Assembly: GCA_021735045.1 (NCBI GenBank)
Contig: JAIPHU010000002.1
Span: forward strand, 10,120 to 74,119
Direction of reading: 5' to 3'
DNA length: 64,000 nucleotides
Source: Candidatus Omnitrophota bacterium
GTDB taxonomy: Bacteria; Omnitrophota; Gorgyraeia; Duberdicusellales; 4484-171
Below, piece by piece: positions 46,215 through 56,367 of the stretch (positions within the stretch are counted from its first letter, which is position 1; the number at the start of each line of letters is the position of its first letter). Position numbers and translations under genes: made by a program. A model generated the notes under the pieces. That model saw nothing but the letters and a program-made list of their open reading frames with translations. It ran no database searches and was not told where the DNA came from.

Positions 46215-47486
46215 ATGATTGAAACTCGCAAAAAAGAAAAAGCACTTTTAGTAGTAGCTAAAACTAAAGAAGAAAGCTGGAGTCGGAAAATGCTGTCTTC
46301 AGAGTTTAAGGCTTTGGTTCTTTCAACCGGGATTGAAGTGGTAAAGGTAGTTGATTTTAATCTAAATCAGCCGAATGCTTCGCTTTATATTGGCAAAGGA
46401 AAGGCCCAAGAGTTAAAAGAAGTTGTGGAGGAAAAAGATATCAACGTTGTTATCTTTAATAGCAACCTAAACTATAGCCAACAAAGAAACTTAGAAGATC
46501 TCCTAGGATTAAAAACTTTAGATCGAACTCAGCTGATTTTAGATATTTTTGCAAAACATGCTAAAACTAAAGAAGGTAGCTTGCAAGTTGAACTAGCCCA
46601 GCTTCAATATCTATTGCCCAGGTTAAGGGGTAGAGGGGTAATGTTATCTCGTTTAGGTGGGGGGATTGGAACTGTTGGCCCGGGAGAAACTAAGCTAGAG
46701 GTAGACAGAAGAAAGATATCAGAAAGGATCACTAGATTAAAAAACGAGATAAAACAGATAAGCCAACATCGAGATGTTGCTCGGAAAAAACGTCAGCGTC
46801 AAAAGATTCCAATTTGTTCACTGGTAGGCTATACCAATGCTGGAAAGACCACGCTCTTTAACCTTTTGACTGAGAATAACCAAAAAACATCAGCCAACTT
46901 ATTTACTACCTTAGATACAGTAACCAGAAAAACTAAAATCGAAGAAGGGATGGATGCTATTATTTCTGATACGGTTGGTTTTATCCATAGGTTGCCACCA
47001 AACCTAATAGAGGCTTTTAAAGCTACTTTAGAAGAGCTAAATTATTCAGACCTTTTACTTCATGTTATTGACGCCAGTGCAGCCAATATAAAACAGATAA
47101 GAAGATCTGTTGAGCAAGTTTTAACAGAGTTGGATCTTAAAGACAAAGATAAAATTGTTATTTTTAATAAAATAGATAGTTTAGACCAGATAACCTTAGA
47201 GAAGATGGAAAGGGCTTATCCGGACAGTATTTTTATCTCAGCATCAACTGGCCAAGGTATCGCTAAGATGAAAGAAGAAATCTATAAGTATCTTTCCAAT
47301 AATTTTCTTGAACTGGTGGTAAAAATTCCTATTTCCAGAATGGATATCATGAATTTTTTTTACAGAAACAGTCAAGTGCTAAAAACAAAATATGATAAAG
47401 ATAATATTTCTTGTTGGATAAGAATTTCAAGATCTAAACTACCTTTTTTAAAAAAAGAAAATCTTGAAATGGAAAACCTTCCTTAA
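46215..47486 (+). CDS. hflX: GTPase HflX
   Basis: HflX N-domain followed by G-domain: GYTNAGKTT, DTVGF and NKID. Confidence 0.9.
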   Translation: MIETRKKEKALLVVAKTKEESWSRKMLSSEFKALVLSTGIEVVKVVDFNLNQPNASLYIGKGKAQELKEVVEEKDINVVIFNSNLNYSQQRNLEDLLGLKTLDRTQLILDIFAKHAKTKEGSLQVELAQLQYLLPRLRGRGVMLSRLGGGIGTVGPGETKLEVDRRKISERITRLKNEIKQISQHRDVARKKRQRQKIPICSLVGYTNAGKTTLFNLLTENNQKTSANLFTTLDTVTRKTKIEEGMDAIISDTVGFIHRLPPNLIEAFKATLEELNYSDLLLHVIDASAANIKQIRRSVEQVLTELDLKDKDKIVIFNKIDSLDQITLEKMERAYPDSIFISASTGQGIAKMKEEIYKYLSNNFLELVVKIPISRMDIMNFFYRNSQVLKTKYDKDNISCWIRISRSKLPFLKKENLEMENLP

Positions 47487-47495
47487 TACTAACCT

Positions 47496-47516
47496 ATTCC
47501 GTTCCCGCAACGGAAT
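47496..47516 (+). terminator. hairpin ATTCCGTT-cccgc-AACGGAAT after hflX
   Basis: Perfect 8-bp stem. Modest T content follows. Confidence 0.55.
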
Positions 47517-47592
47517 GAAATTGGTTGATTTTATTTGGTTTTGAGAATTTAAATATATTTAAAAAATAATTTAAAAGTTTTTGAAAAATAAC

Positions 47593-47621
47593 TTGACAAA
47601 ATTGTAAATATATTGTATAAA
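47593..47621 (+). promoter_or_regulatory. sigma70 promoter TTGACA-17-TATAAA
   Basis: Read directly, 25 nt before the ATG at 47646. Confidence 0.6.
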
Positions 47622-47645
47622 TGAGTTGTAAAAAGGGAAAAAGCA

Positions 47646-47924
47646 ATGAAGTGGAAAGATTTAGAAGAAAATTTTGATTTAGATATTCCCGTAGAGGAGC
47701 CGATCTTTCCGGTGAATATAGTTTGTAAGCTGCTTGATATCCAGTATTATCTGCTCCATGAGGTTGTAAAAGAGGGGATTTTAGATAAGAAGAAAAAACA
47801 AAAGAAGAAACTGTTTTCACTAAAGGATATAAAGCAACTAAAATACATAAAATATCTAGTAGAAGATCAAGGCGTGAATATTAAGGGGGTAAGAGTAATT
47901 TTAGAGATAAAAGAAAAGGAGTGA
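47646..47924 (+). CDS. MerR-family HTH regulator, HspR-like by context
   Basis: 92 aa. HTH segment FPVNIVCKLLDIQYYLLHEVVKEG. Located immediately upstream of hsp20-clpB. Confidence 0.55.
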   Translation: MKWKDLEENFDLDIPVEEPIFPVNIVCKLLDIQYYLLHEVVKEGILDKKKKQKKKLFSLKDIKQLKYIKYLVEDQGVNIKGVRVILEIKEKE

Positions 47925-47942
47925 TTTTTTTTTGGGTTATTC

Positions 47943-47969
47943 TTAGCACTCTTGGCTTGGGAGTGCTAA
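47943..47969 (+). promoter_or_regulatory. CIRCE operator (HrcA site) TTAGCACTC-N9-GAGTGCTAA
   Basis: Perfect consensus read directly, 21 nt upstream of the hsp20 ATG. Confidence 0.9.
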
Positions 47970-47990
47970 GAATAAAAAAGGAGGTAAATT

Positions 47991-48437
47991 ATGAAACTTG
48001 CACCTTATCATCAAGACGATCCTTTTAGGTTGTTACGTGATTTTGGTAAAGAGATTGATAGCTTTTTTGAATCACCATTTAAAGGCATTACTAAAAAAGA
48101 TGCTGATTTTGCTTTGCCATCTTTAGATATTTCCGAAGATAAGGATAATATCTATGTTGATGCGGATTTGCCAGGTTTTGAGCAAAAGGATGTTAAAGTA
48201 AAGATGAAAAAAGATAGCTTAGTTATTAGTGCTAGTAAAGATGATAAAAGTGAAGAAAAAAAGAAAAATTATTATCATTGTGAACGGTATCAGGGAAGTT
48301 TCTATCGGGAAGTAGCTCTTCCTCAAGCCATAAATGATAAAAACATAAAAGCTAGCTACAAAAACGGTGTATTGAAAGTAACTCTCCCCAAAAGTAAAGA
48401 AGAAAAAGAAAAAGAGATTTCAATTGATGTTAAATAA
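47991..48437 (+). CDS. small heat-shock protein, Hsp20/alpha-crystallin family
   Basis: 148 aa with alpha-crystallin domain pattern. RBS aaggaggt. Confidence 0.9.
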   Translation: MKLAPYHQDDPFRLLRDFGKEIDSFFESPFKGITKKDADFALPSLDISEDKDNIYVDADLPGFEQKDVKVKMKKDSLVISASKDDKSEEKKKNYYHCERYQGSFYREVALPQAINDKNIKASYKNGVLKVTLPKSKEEKEKEISIDVK

Positions 48438-48474
48438 ATTGTTTGCACTCCCAAGCCTAAGGTGTTATTTTGTT

Positions 48475-48498
48475 ACCAATTAACCAATTAACCAAATT
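48475..48498 (+). repeat. 2.5 copies of CCAATTAA abutting the clpB ATG (same octamer as at 24195..24271)
   Basis: ccaattaaccaattaaccaaatt + ATG. No Shine-Dalgarno sequence. Confidence 0.9.
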
Positions 48499-51108
48499 AT
48501 GAATTTAGAAAAATTTACCATTAAAGCTCAAGAAGTAATAGTTGCGGCATTAGAGGTGGCGCGTAAATTTAAGCACCAAGCTTTAATTCCCGAGCATATT
48601 CTTTATTCTTTGCTTAAAGACAAAAAAAATATTGCTTATAAGATTTTGGCTAAGCTGGGGGTAAATCCAGATGATGTTTTAAAAACAGCCCAAGATCATC
48701 TTTCTTCACTGCAAAAAGTTTTAGGGCAATCAGATCAAGTTTATGCCTCTCAAGCTACTGCACAGCTGTTAAGCCAAGCAAAAGAAGTTGCTAGTAAGTG
48801 GGGTGATCAATATGTAAGTTCAGAGTTGTTGCTTTACCTTCTTGGGGTTGATAAGAACTCATTGCTAGCCAATTACCTCACTAAACAAGGGGTTAATTCT
48901 AAGGATATAGTCCGAGTTATAAAAGAAGTTCGCGGAACTCATAAAGTAGATACTCAGGCTGCTGAAAGTACTTACCAAGCTCTGGAAAAATTTGGCCGTG
49001 ATTTAACTGAGATGGCAAAGAAAGGAAAACTGGATCCGGTGATTGGTCGAGACAATGAGATCAGACGGTTAATGCAGGTTTTATCACGCCGCACCAAAAA
49101 TAATCCGGTTTTAATCGGTGATCCGGGGGTGGGGAAAACAGCAATTGCCGAAGGCCTAGCCCAGCGGATTGCTCAGCAGGATGTACCTGAGGGTTTAAAA
49201 AATAAAAGAATAATTGCTCTTGACTTAGGGTTGATGGTTGCGGGAGCAAAATTTCGTGGTGAATTTGAACAACGGCTAAAAGGGGTTCTCAAAGAGATTG
49301 AAGCAAAACAAGGTGAAATTATTCTTTTTATTGACGAACTACATACAGTAGTTGGGGCTGGTTCGGCTGAAGGAGCAGTGGATGCTGCAAACATGTTAAA
49401 ACCAGCTTTAGCCCGAGGTACTTTACGTTGTATTGGCGCAACTACTTTAGATGAATACAGAAAACATATTGAAAAAGATGCGGCTCTGGAGCGAAGATTT
49501 CAGCAAATAATTGTTGAAGAGCCAACAGCTGAACAAACTATTGCAATTTTACGGGGATTAAAAGAAAAATATGAAGTGCATCATGGAGTGAGATTGAAAG
49601 ACTCTGCTTTAATTGCGGCAGCTATGCTTTCAGACCGTTATATAACGGGAAGATTTTTGCCGGATAAGGCAGTGGATTTAATTGATGAAGCTGCATCCCA
49701 CTTGCGGATTGAAATTGACAGTAAGCCGGAAGAGATTGATCGGCTGGAGAGAAAGATCTTAGAACTTCAAATTCAAAGACAGGCTTTAAAGAAGGAAAAA
49801 AGCAAACAAACTGAAAAGGAACTTAATCAAGTGGAGAAACAGATTAAAAGCTTAGAAAAAGAGTTGGATTTAAAGAAAAAACATTGGGAAAAAGAAAAAG
49901 AGATCATTACTCAAATCCGCAACAAGAAAGAAGAGATCGATAAATTAAAAAATCAAACAGTTGAATTAGAAAAGGAGGGTAAATTAGATAAAGTCGCTGA
50001 AATTAGATATGGAAGAATTCCAGAACTTTCTGCTCAAGTCGAAGATTTTAACAAAAAGTTAATTAAATTACAAAAAAATGAAAAGATGTTAAAAGAAGAG
50101 GTTGATCAAGAAGATATTGCTCAGATTGTATCCCGTTGGACCCATATTCCAGTTTCTCGTTTGATGGAAGAAGAAGTTAAAAAATTGCTCCATATGGAAG
50201 AGGAGATTGAAAAAAGAGTAGTGGGTCAAAATCAGGCGGTAACTTTGATATCTGATTGTGTGCGCCGGGCTCGTTCTGGCCTAGCAGATCCCAACAAACC
50301 ATTAGGCTCGTTTATTTTTGCCGGGCCAACCGGTGTAGGTAAGACCGAACTGGCGAAGGCTTTAGCGGAGTTTTTATTTGATACAGAAGATGCATTGATT
50401 ACCTTAGATATGAGTGAATATATGGAGAAGTTTGCGGTTTCTCGTTTGGTGGGAGCTCCTCCTGGTTATGTCGGCTACCAACAAGGGGGACAGTTAACCG
50501 AGAAAGTAAGAAGACAACCTTATTCGGTAATATTATTTGACGAGATAGAAAAAGCCCATCCGGATGTATTTAACATTCTTTTACAAATTTTAGATGAAGG
50601 CCGGCTTACTGATTCACAAGGCCGAATTGTAAACTTTAAAAATACTTTAATTATCATGACTTCTAACGTTGGAAATCAGTTCTTTAACGATCCTCAAGTA
50701 AAAAAAGAGATAATTGAAAGAAACTTAAGACAGGAGTTAAAGAAACACTTTCGCCCGGAACTGTTAAACCGCCTAGATAGTATTGTTGTTTTTAACAGCC
50801 TTGAGCTCTCTGAGATCAAAAAAATAGTAGATATTCAAATGCAAACCATCAAGAAGAGATTGGCAGATAAAAATATAAAGGTCGAGCTCACACCTCTAGT
50901 CCGTGATTTTTTGGCAGAAAGAGGATTTTCGCCTGAATATGGTGCAAGGCCCTTGAAACGGGTAATTCAGCGGTTGGTAGTTAATCCTTTAAGCGTTGAT
51001 TTGATAAAGGGGAGATTTATGCCAGGAGATAAAATAAAGGTTAAAAAGGAAGATAAGCAGATATTTTTTGTAAAACTAAAACAAGATAAAAAAAAGGAGG
51101 ATAAGTGA
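48499..51108 (+). CDS. clpB: chaperone ClpB (AAA+ disaggregase)
   Basis: 869 aa. Two Walker A motifs (GDPGVGKT and GPTGVGKT) and a long coiled-coil middle domain. Confidence 0.95.
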   Translation: MNLEKFTIKAQEVIVAALEVARKFKHQALIPEHILYSLLKDKKNIAYKILAKLGVNPDDVLKTAQDHLSSLQKVLGQSDQVYASQATAQLLSQAKEVASKWGDQYVSSELLLYLLGVDKNSLLANYLTKQGVNSKDIVRVIKEVRGTHKVDTQAAESTYQALEKFGRDLTEMAKKGKLDPVIGRDNEIRRLMQVLSRRTKNNPVLIGDPGVGKTAIAEGLAQRIAQQDVPEGLKNKRIIALDLGLMVAGAKFRGEFEQRLKGVLKEIEAKQGEIILFIDELHTVVGAGSAEGAVDAANMLKPALARGTLRCIGATTLDEYRKHIEKDAALERRFQQIIVEEPTAEQTIAILRGLKEKYEVHHGVRLKDSALIAAAMLSDRYITGRFLPDKAVDLIDEAASHLRIEIDSKPEEIDRLERKILELQIQRQALKKEKSKQTEKELNQVEKQIKSLEKELDLKKKHWEKEKEIITQIRNKKEEIDKLKNQTVELEKEGKLDKVAEIRYGRIPELSAQVEDFNKKLIKLQKNEKMLKEEVDQEDIAQIVSRWTHIPVSRLMEEEVKKLLHMEEEIEKRVVGQNQAVTLISDCVRRARSGLADPNKPLGSFIFAGPTGVGKTELAKALAEFLFDTEDALITLDMSEYMEKFAVSRLVGAPPGYVGYQQGGQLTEKVRRQPYSVILFDEIEKAHPDVFNILLQILDEGRLTDSQGRIVNFKNTLIIMTSNVGNQFFNDPQVKKEIIERNLRQELKKHFRPELLNRLDSIVVFNSLELSEIKKIVDIQMQTIKKRLADKNIKVELTPLVRDFLAERGFSPEYGARPLKRVIQRLVVNPLSVDLIKGRFMPGDKIKVKKEDKQIFFVKLKQDKKKEDK

Positions 51109-51440
51109 AGGTAGAAATTTCATTTAAATATTTAAAAAAGAGCAGTTTTGTTAATAGTGTTTTAGACAGTGATATAGAAAAAATAAAACGTAAACTGCAG
51201 ATATTTAAAAAAGATGATCCAGTTCATCTTTCAGTACATATTGAGAAAAATCCTCACAAGGAAGAGTATTATTGCCGGTCTCATATTTACCTGCCTAAAG
51301 CTAAAACAATTGTGGCTAATGAAAAAAGTAGGAATGTAACCGCAGCAATCAACAAGAGCTTTCGGGGTTTAAGTAGGCAGCTGGCTAAGGTTAAGACCAA
51401 GCTGGAGAAACATCTCCAAAAAAAAAGAACTCGAAGATAA
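51105..51440 (+). CDS. hpf: ribosome hibernation promoting factor (short HPF/YfiA type)
   Basis: 111 aa, sigma-54-modulation-protein fold pattern. 4-nt overlap with clpB. Confidence 0.75.
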   Translation: MKVEISFKYLKKSSFVNSVLDSDIEKIKRKLQIFKKDDPVHLSVHIEKNPHKEEYYCRSHIYLPKAKTIVANEKSRNVTAAINKSFRGLSRQLAKVKTKLEKHLQKKRTRR

Positions 51441-51453
51441 TTTAGATAAGAGC

Positions 51454-51481
51454 TTGACACAAAAGTTTTGTATGCTAACAT
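51454..51481 (+). promoter_or_regulatory. sigma70 promoter TTGACA-16-TAACAT abutting CIRCE
   Basis: Read directly. Confidence 0.5.
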
Positions 51482-51482
51482 A

Positions 51483-51509
51483 TTAGCACTCCCCGATTCA
51501 GAGTGCTAA
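51483..51509 (+). promoter_or_regulatory. CIRCE operator TTAGCACTC-N9-GAGTGCTAA upstream of hrcA
   Basis: Perfect consensus read directly. Confidence 0.9.
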
Positions 51510-51533
51510 ACTAAATTAAAAAGTAGTTAAACT

Positions 51534-52268
51534 ATGGGAAAAACTATTAATAAAAAAGAAAGAGAAGCGGAAATCCTTGAGCTAATAATTAGCAGTTATA
51601 TCCGGGAATCTAAGCCGATTAGTTCTAGTTACCTTTGTTCTGAATATGATCTTGACTATTCTTCGGCTACTGTCCGTAGTGTAATGCATAATCTAGAGGA
51701 AAAAGGGTTGATTGCACATATTCATACTTCTAGCGGAAGAGTTCCGACCAAAGAAGGGTTTAAGTATTATGTAGCAACTTTGAATCCAGAACGTTTTGGT
51801 ACCTTTTACAATGTAGAGTTAGATTTTTCTTCTCTAACCAGTTTACATCAGATAATGCAATATAGTTTGGATAGTCTGTCTTCTGCCAGCGGCTACACAT
51901 CTCTTTTAGGGATAAATGCTAAAGATAGCCGATTTTCTTTTCGGGGCACCAGATGTATTCTAAATCAGCCGGAGTTTGAAGATATAAAGGTTCTAAGAAA
52001 TATTTTTTACGCGCTGGAAGTAAAGATTGATAAACTACAAAAAATTCTCTTTAATTTTATGAGTGAAAAAGTAAGGGTTTTAATCGGCAATGATATAGAT
52101 TTTTCTGAAATATCTGAATGTTCCCTTGTCTTGTCTGGTTTTAAAGATGAAGATATTTCATTAGTCTTAGCGCTGCTGGGCCCGGTAAGGATGAACTATC
52201 TTAGGGCTGCTTCTTGTTTGTATTCGGTTAAAAACCAGCTTAAAGATTCAGTGCATAATTTTGTTTAG
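51534..52268 (+). CDS. hrcA: heat-inducible transcription repressor HrcA
   Basis: Winged-helix N-terminus and HrcA pattern. Sits upstream of grpE-dnaK with CIRCE. Confidence 0.8.
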   Translation: MGKTINKKEREAEILELIISSYIRESKPISSSYLCSEYDLDYSSATVRSVMHNLEEKGLIAHIHTSSGRVPTKEGFKYYVATLNPERFGTFYNVELDFSSLTSLHQIMQYSLDSLSSASGYTSLLGINAKDSRFSFRGTRCILNQPEFEDIKVLRNIFYALEVKIDKLQKILFNFMSEKVRVLIGNDIDFSEISECSLVLSGFKDEDISLVLALLGPVRMNYLRAASCLYSVKNQLKDSVHNFV

Positions 52269-52892
52269 GTGGAGGTAGAGATGAGTAAGAAAAAAAATAA
52301 ACAAGATAAAAAAACAGAACAAACAGATAACCAAAAAGATAAGGAACAAAATTTAAAATCTAAAGAAACAGAGGCAGAGATGATTGCCAAGCAAAAACAA
52401 GAGTATCAAGATTTGTGGAACAGGTATCTTAGGCTCCAAGCAGAATTTGATAATTACCGCAAAAGATCTTTGCAAGAAAAGGCAGAGTTTATTAAATTTG
52501 CCAATCAGGGCCTTATCTCAGAATTAATCGGTATTTTAGATAATTTTGAGTTAAGTGTTAAATACGCTGATAAAAAAGATGATTTTAAGTTGATGCATCA
52601 AGGTGTGGATATGATTATAAAACAGCTTCATACTCTTCTTAAGTCCAAGGGGCTGGAGAAAATAAAAACGGTGGGAGAAAAATTTGATCCTCATAAACAC
52701 GATGCTTTAACTACGGTTGAAGACCAAGGCCTAGATAGTGATACAGTAGTTGAAGAGTTACAAACTGGATATTTACTTTCGGGCAGAATTTTACGTCCCG
52801 CTAAGGTAAAAGTGGCAAAACCAAAAAAAAGTTCTCAAGAAGAGGGGAGAAGCAAAGAGCAACCAGAAGATAATAAAGAAGAAAAAAAATAA
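52269..52892 (+). CDS. grpE: nucleotide exchange factor GrpE
   Basis: Acidic/K-rich N-terminus. RLQAEFDNYRKR GrpE signature. Confidence 0.9.
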   Translation: MEVEMSKKKNKQDKKTEQTDNQKDKEQNLKSKETEAEMIAKQKQEYQDLWNRYLRLQAEFDNYRKRSLQEKAEFIKFANQGLISELIGILDNFELSVKYADKKDDFKLMHQGVDMIIKQLHTLLKSKGLEKIKTVGEKFDPHKHDALTTVEDQGLDSDTVVEELQTGYLLSGRILRPAKVKVAKPKKSSQEEGRSKEQPEDNKEEKK

Positions 52893-52933
52893 AGGTATTC
52901 GCTAAATAATAACATTTTTAATGGAGGTAGAAG
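52892..52933 (+). promoter_or_regulatory. grpE-dnaK intergenic RBS cassette (original copy of the motif duplicated at 23743..23786)
   Basis: aaggtattcgctaaataataacatttttaatggaggtagaag + ATG. Contains UCGCU about 20 nt 5' of the GGAGG, a ROSE-like arrangement. Confidence 0.5.
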
Positions 52934-54853
52934 ATGGCAAAAATAATTGGAATTGATTTAGGTACATCGAACTCATCAGCAGCTATAATGGAAGGTGGAA
53001 GACCTTCAATAATTCCTTCGGCTGAAGGCGCTGGAGTTGCAAGTGGAAAAGCTTTTCCTTCAGTAGTTGCTTTTACTAAAGACGGGCAAAAATTGGTAGG
53101 CGAACCGGCTCGCAGGCAAGCTTCGGTCAATCCGGAAGGAACTATAAGCGGGGCAAAAAGAAAAATGGGGACGCAGTTTAAATTTAAAGTTTACGATAAA
53201 GAGTATACCCCGCAACAAATTTCTGCTTTTGTTTTACAAAAAATAAAAGCAGATGCCCAAAGTTATTTAGGTGGTGAAATAAAAGATGCAGTTGTGACTG
53301 TACCGGCTTATTTTAACGATAATCAGAGGCAAGCAACAAAAGATGCAGGTACTATTGCTGGTTTGAATATAAAAAGAATTATCAATGAACCTACTGCAGC
53401 TTGTCTTGCTTATGGCTTAAATAAAGTTGGCAAGGAACTTAAGATCATGGTTTTTGATTTTGGTGGAGGAACCTTAGATGTAACTATTATGGAGATGTGG
53501 GAAGAGGGCGGTTTTAAAGTCCTTTCTACCCATGGTGATACAAACTTAGGTGGACGGGATATGGATCAAGCTTTAGTTGACTATATCGCAGAAGATTTTA
53601 AAAAAGAAACTGGTATTGACCTACGCAAAGATAAGATGGCAGATCAACGTTTGAGAGAGGCGGCAGAAAAAGCTAAAATTGAATTATCCAGCACTCTAAC
53701 TACCGAGATTAATCTTCCCTTTATTACAGCTGATCAATCTGGCCCTAAGCATCTTACTAAAACAATCAATAGAGCAAAATTAGAAGATTTAGTAAAGTCT
53801 ATTGTAGAAAAGACTGAAGGGCCAATTAAGCAAGCAGTAAATGATGCAAAGCTTACTACCAAAGATATTGATAAAATTATTATGGTAGGGGGGCCGACTC
53901 GGATGCCGCTTGTGCAAAAAACAGTCGAAGATTTCGTAGGAACAAAGATTGAAAGAGGGATTGATCCTATGGAATGTGTATCAATGGGCGCTGCAATTCA
54001 AGGTTCTATTATCACCGGAGAGACTAAAGATGTCCTCTTGCTTGATGTTACACCCTTATCATTAGGCCTGGAAACATTAGGAGGAGTTTTTACTAAACTC
54101 ATTCCTAGAAACACTACGATACCTACTAAAAAAAGCCAAATTTTTTCAACTGCAGAAGATAATCAAACTGCAGTAACTATTAGAGTCTTGCAAGGTGAAA
54201 GAGAGATGGCTAAAGGAAATACTGAGTTAGGTAGGTTTGATCTTGTTGGTATTCCTCCTGCACCTCGAGGTGTCCCTCAGATTGAAGTTACTTTTGATAT
54301 TGATTCTAATGGAATTGTCCATGTATCGGCTAAAGACAAAGGTACTGGCAAAGAACAGTCAATAAGGATAACTGCTCCGCAAAAACTTTCAGATGAGGAT
54401 ATTGATAAAATGGTTAAGGAAGCAGAAAAACATGCCGAAGAAGACAAAAAACAAAAAGAATTGATTGAAGTTAAAAATAAAGCAGATTCAGTAGTTTATA
54501 CTACAGAAAAATCACTAAAAGATTATGGAGACAAGATCTCTGATCAAGAAAAGAAAACAATAGAAGAAAAGGTTAATAATTTAAAAGAAATTTTGAAAAA
54601 ATCTGATAGTACCAAAGAACAAATTGAAAAGGCTATGGAAGAGGCTACACAAGCTTCTCACAAGCTGGCTGAACAGATGTATAAAGCTCAAGGCGCACAA
54701 CAACAGCAAAAACAAGCTGGAACCGGTGGGCCGGGCCAAGAAGGAGCTCAAAGTTCAGAGGATCAGCAGCAACAAGCTCAGCAGCAAAGCAAAGGAGAAG
54801 AAGACGTAGTTGATGCTGAATATAAGGAAGAAGACAACAAAGACAATAAATAG
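52934..54853 (+). CDS. dnaK: chaperone DnaK (Hsp70)
   Basis: [18 protein letters not shown] and the rest of the canonical Hsp70 sequence. Acidic/Q-rich C-terminus. Confidence 0.97.
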   Translation: MAKIIGIDLGTSNSSAAIMEGGRPSIIPSAEGAGVASGKAFPSVVAFTKDGQKLVGEPARRQASVNPEGTISGAKRKMGTQFKFKVYDKEYTPQQISAFVLQKIKADAQSYLGGEIKDAVVTVPAYFNDNQRQATKDAGTIAGLNIKRIINEPTAACLAYGLNKVGKELKIMVFDFGGGTLDVTIMEMWEEGGFKVLSTHGDTNLGGRDMDQALVDYIAEDFKKETGIDLRKDKMADQRLREAAEKAKIELSSTLTTEINLPFITADQSGPKHLTKTINRAKLEDLVKSIVEKTEGPIKQAVNDAKLTTKDIDKIIMVGGPTRMPLVQKTVEDFVGTKIERGIDPMECVSMGAAIQGSIITGETKDVLLLDVTPLSLGLETLGGVFTKLIPRNTTIPTKKSQIFSTAEDNQTAVTIRVLQGEREMAKGNTELGRFDLVGIPPAPRGVPQIEVTFDIDSNGIVHVSAKDKGTGKEQSIRITAPQKLSDEDIDKMVKEAEKHAEEDKKQKELIEVKNKADSVVYTTEKSLKDYGDKISDQEKKTIEEKVNNLKEILKKSDSTKEQIEKAMEEATQASHKLAEQMYKAQGAQQQQKQAGTGGPGQEGAQSSEDQQQQAQQQSKGEEDVVDAEYKEEDNKDNK

Positions 54854-54863
54854 ATTATAACTT

Positions 54864-54896
54864 ATAGCTCATAGCTCTTAGCTCATGGCTCATAGT
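54864..54896 (+). repeat. imperfect tandem heptamers (AGCTCAT)x4 immediately after dnaK
   Basis: tatAGCTCATAGCTCTTAGCTCATGGCTCATag. Reverse-complementary to the array at 54932..54958. Confidence 0.85.
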
Positions 54897-54931
54897 TTTA
54901 CAGGACATTTAATTTTTTCGGTAAACTATTA

Positions 54932-54958
54932 GCGATGAGCCATCAGCCATGAGCCAAG
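54932..54958 (+). repeat. tandem heptamers (ATGAGCC-like x3), the inverse complement of the 54864 array, overlapping candidate dnaJ start codons
   Basis: gcgATGAGCCATCAGCCATGAGCCaag. Confidence 0.85.
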
Positions 54959-54966
54959 AACTAATT

Positions 54967-56076
54967 ATGAATACACAAAGAGATTACTACGAAGTTTTGG
55001 GTTTACAGAAAGGCGCCTCGATAGAGGAAGTAAAAAAGGCTTATCGTAAGCTTGCGATGAAGCATCATCCGGATCGAGTTTCTGAAGACAAGAAAAAAGA
55101 AGCTGAAGAGAAGTTTAAAGAGATTTCGGAGAGTTATGCTGTTTTAAGTGATCCTAAGAAAAAACAGCTTTATGATCAGTATGGGCATGCCGGGGTAGAT
55201 TCACGCTACAGCCAGGAAGATATTTTTAGAGGAGCTAACTTCTCTGATATTTTTGGTGGTGGTGGAGGTGCTGGATTTGAAGATATTTTTGGCAGTATTT
55301 TTTCTGATTTTGGCTTTGATATGTTTGGTGGAGGCGGCCGAGGCAGAAGAGGTGGTTTTAAGCAGTCTTCTGGTGAAAGTATTCAAGCCCGAATCAAGAT
55401 TAGCCTAGAGGAAGCTGCATTTGGCGCAGAGAAGGAAATAAGCTACTATAGATTTGATCCCTGCCCGAGGTGTTCAGGTACGGGAGTTAAACCTGGTTCT
55501 TCTAAGGTTACCTGTTCTCTTTGTAAAGGTACAGGGACAGTTAGAAGTGGGATGGGTTTTATCAGTGTTTCCCAGACTTGCCCGAACTGTCGGGGCCGGG
55601 GAAAAGTTATTAAAGATCGCTGCCGTCAATGTTCTGGAGAAGGACGAGTAAAAAAGCAACACCGGATGAAGGTAAAGATTCCTAAAGGTGTAAAAGATGG
55701 TTCAATTTTACGTCTTAATAAAGAAGGTAGTTTTTCCGGCCAGGCGCGGGGCGATCTCTATCTTCATATTACAATATCCTCTCATCCGCAATTTAGGCGT
55801 GAAGGTAAGAATCTACGTTGCCATATAGGGGTTGATGCTTTAGATGTTATTTTAGGAACTGAGATTAAAGTACCTACATTAAATGGGAAAGTAAAAATGA
55901 AAATTCCTGCCGGGACACAACCAGACACAGTATTTAGGCTAAAAAATAAAGGTATGCCAGAACTAAACTCAAGTCGGTTTGGTGATGAATTAGTTGAAGT
56001 AGGAATTAGAATTCCAAAAAAGGTTTCAAAAAAGGAGAAAAAACTTTTTGAAGAAATAGCTAAAATGCGCAAGTAA
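54967..56076 (+). CDS. dnaJ: co-chaperone DnaJ
   Basis: Start chosen at [13 protein letters not shown], the canonical J-domain N-terminus. The ORF is also open from the ATG at 54949. J-domain HPD motif, G/F-rich linker, four CxxCxGxG zinc fingers. Confidence 0.9.
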   Translation: MNTQRDYYEVLGLQKGASIEEVKKAYRKLAMKHHPDRVSEDKKKEAEEKFKEISESYAVLSDPKKKQLYDQYGHAGVDSRYSQEDIFRGANFSDIFGGGGGAGFEDIFGSIFSDFGFDMFGGGGRGRRGGFKQSSGESIQARIKISLEEAAFGAEKEISYYRFDPCPRCSGTGVKPGSSKVTCSLCKGTGTVRSGMGFISVSQTCPNCRGRGKVIKDRCRQCSGEGRVKKQHRMKVKIPKGVKDGSILRLNKEGSFSGQARGDLYLHITISSHPQFRREGKNLRCHIGVDALDVILGTEIKVPTLNGKVKMKIPAGTQPDTVFRLKNKGMPELNSSRFGDELVEVGIRIPKKVSKKEKKLFEEIAKMRK

Positions 56077-56103
56077 AAGCTCAGAATTAAAAAGGAGTAA
56101 AAA

Positions 56104-56367
56104 ATGCCTACCTATGATTATCGATGCCTAAAATGCGGAAAAGTATTTGAAGCTTTTCAAAAGATAAGTGATAAACCTTTAGAAAAATGTATTTACTGTA
56201 AGGGTAAAGTTGAGCGATTGATTAGTTCTGGATCAGGAATTATTTTTAAAGGTAGCGGTTTTTATGAGACAGACTATAAGCAAAAAAACCGTAGAACTAC
56301 TTCTGGCAACGACCAGCAATGCAAAAAATGCTCAGATAACAACTGCGACCTAAAAAAGGATAAGTGA
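56104..56367 (+). CDS. FmdB-family zinc-ribbon protein
   Basis: MPTYDYRCLKCG...CIYCKG N-terminal motif and a second C..C pair near the C-terminus. Confidence 0.7.
   Translation: MPTYDYRCLKCGKVFEAFQKISDKPLEKCIYCKGKVERLISSGSGIIFKGSGFYETDYKQKNRRTTSGNDQQCKKCSDNNCDLKKDK

Noticed and set aside
52892-52933. Sigma-54 (-24 GG / -12 GC) promoter interpretation of the GGTATTCGCTAAATAATTGCA motif.
   Set aside because: The GG-to-GC spacing is 18 or 7 nt, not the required 10 nt, and no TGGCAC core is present.
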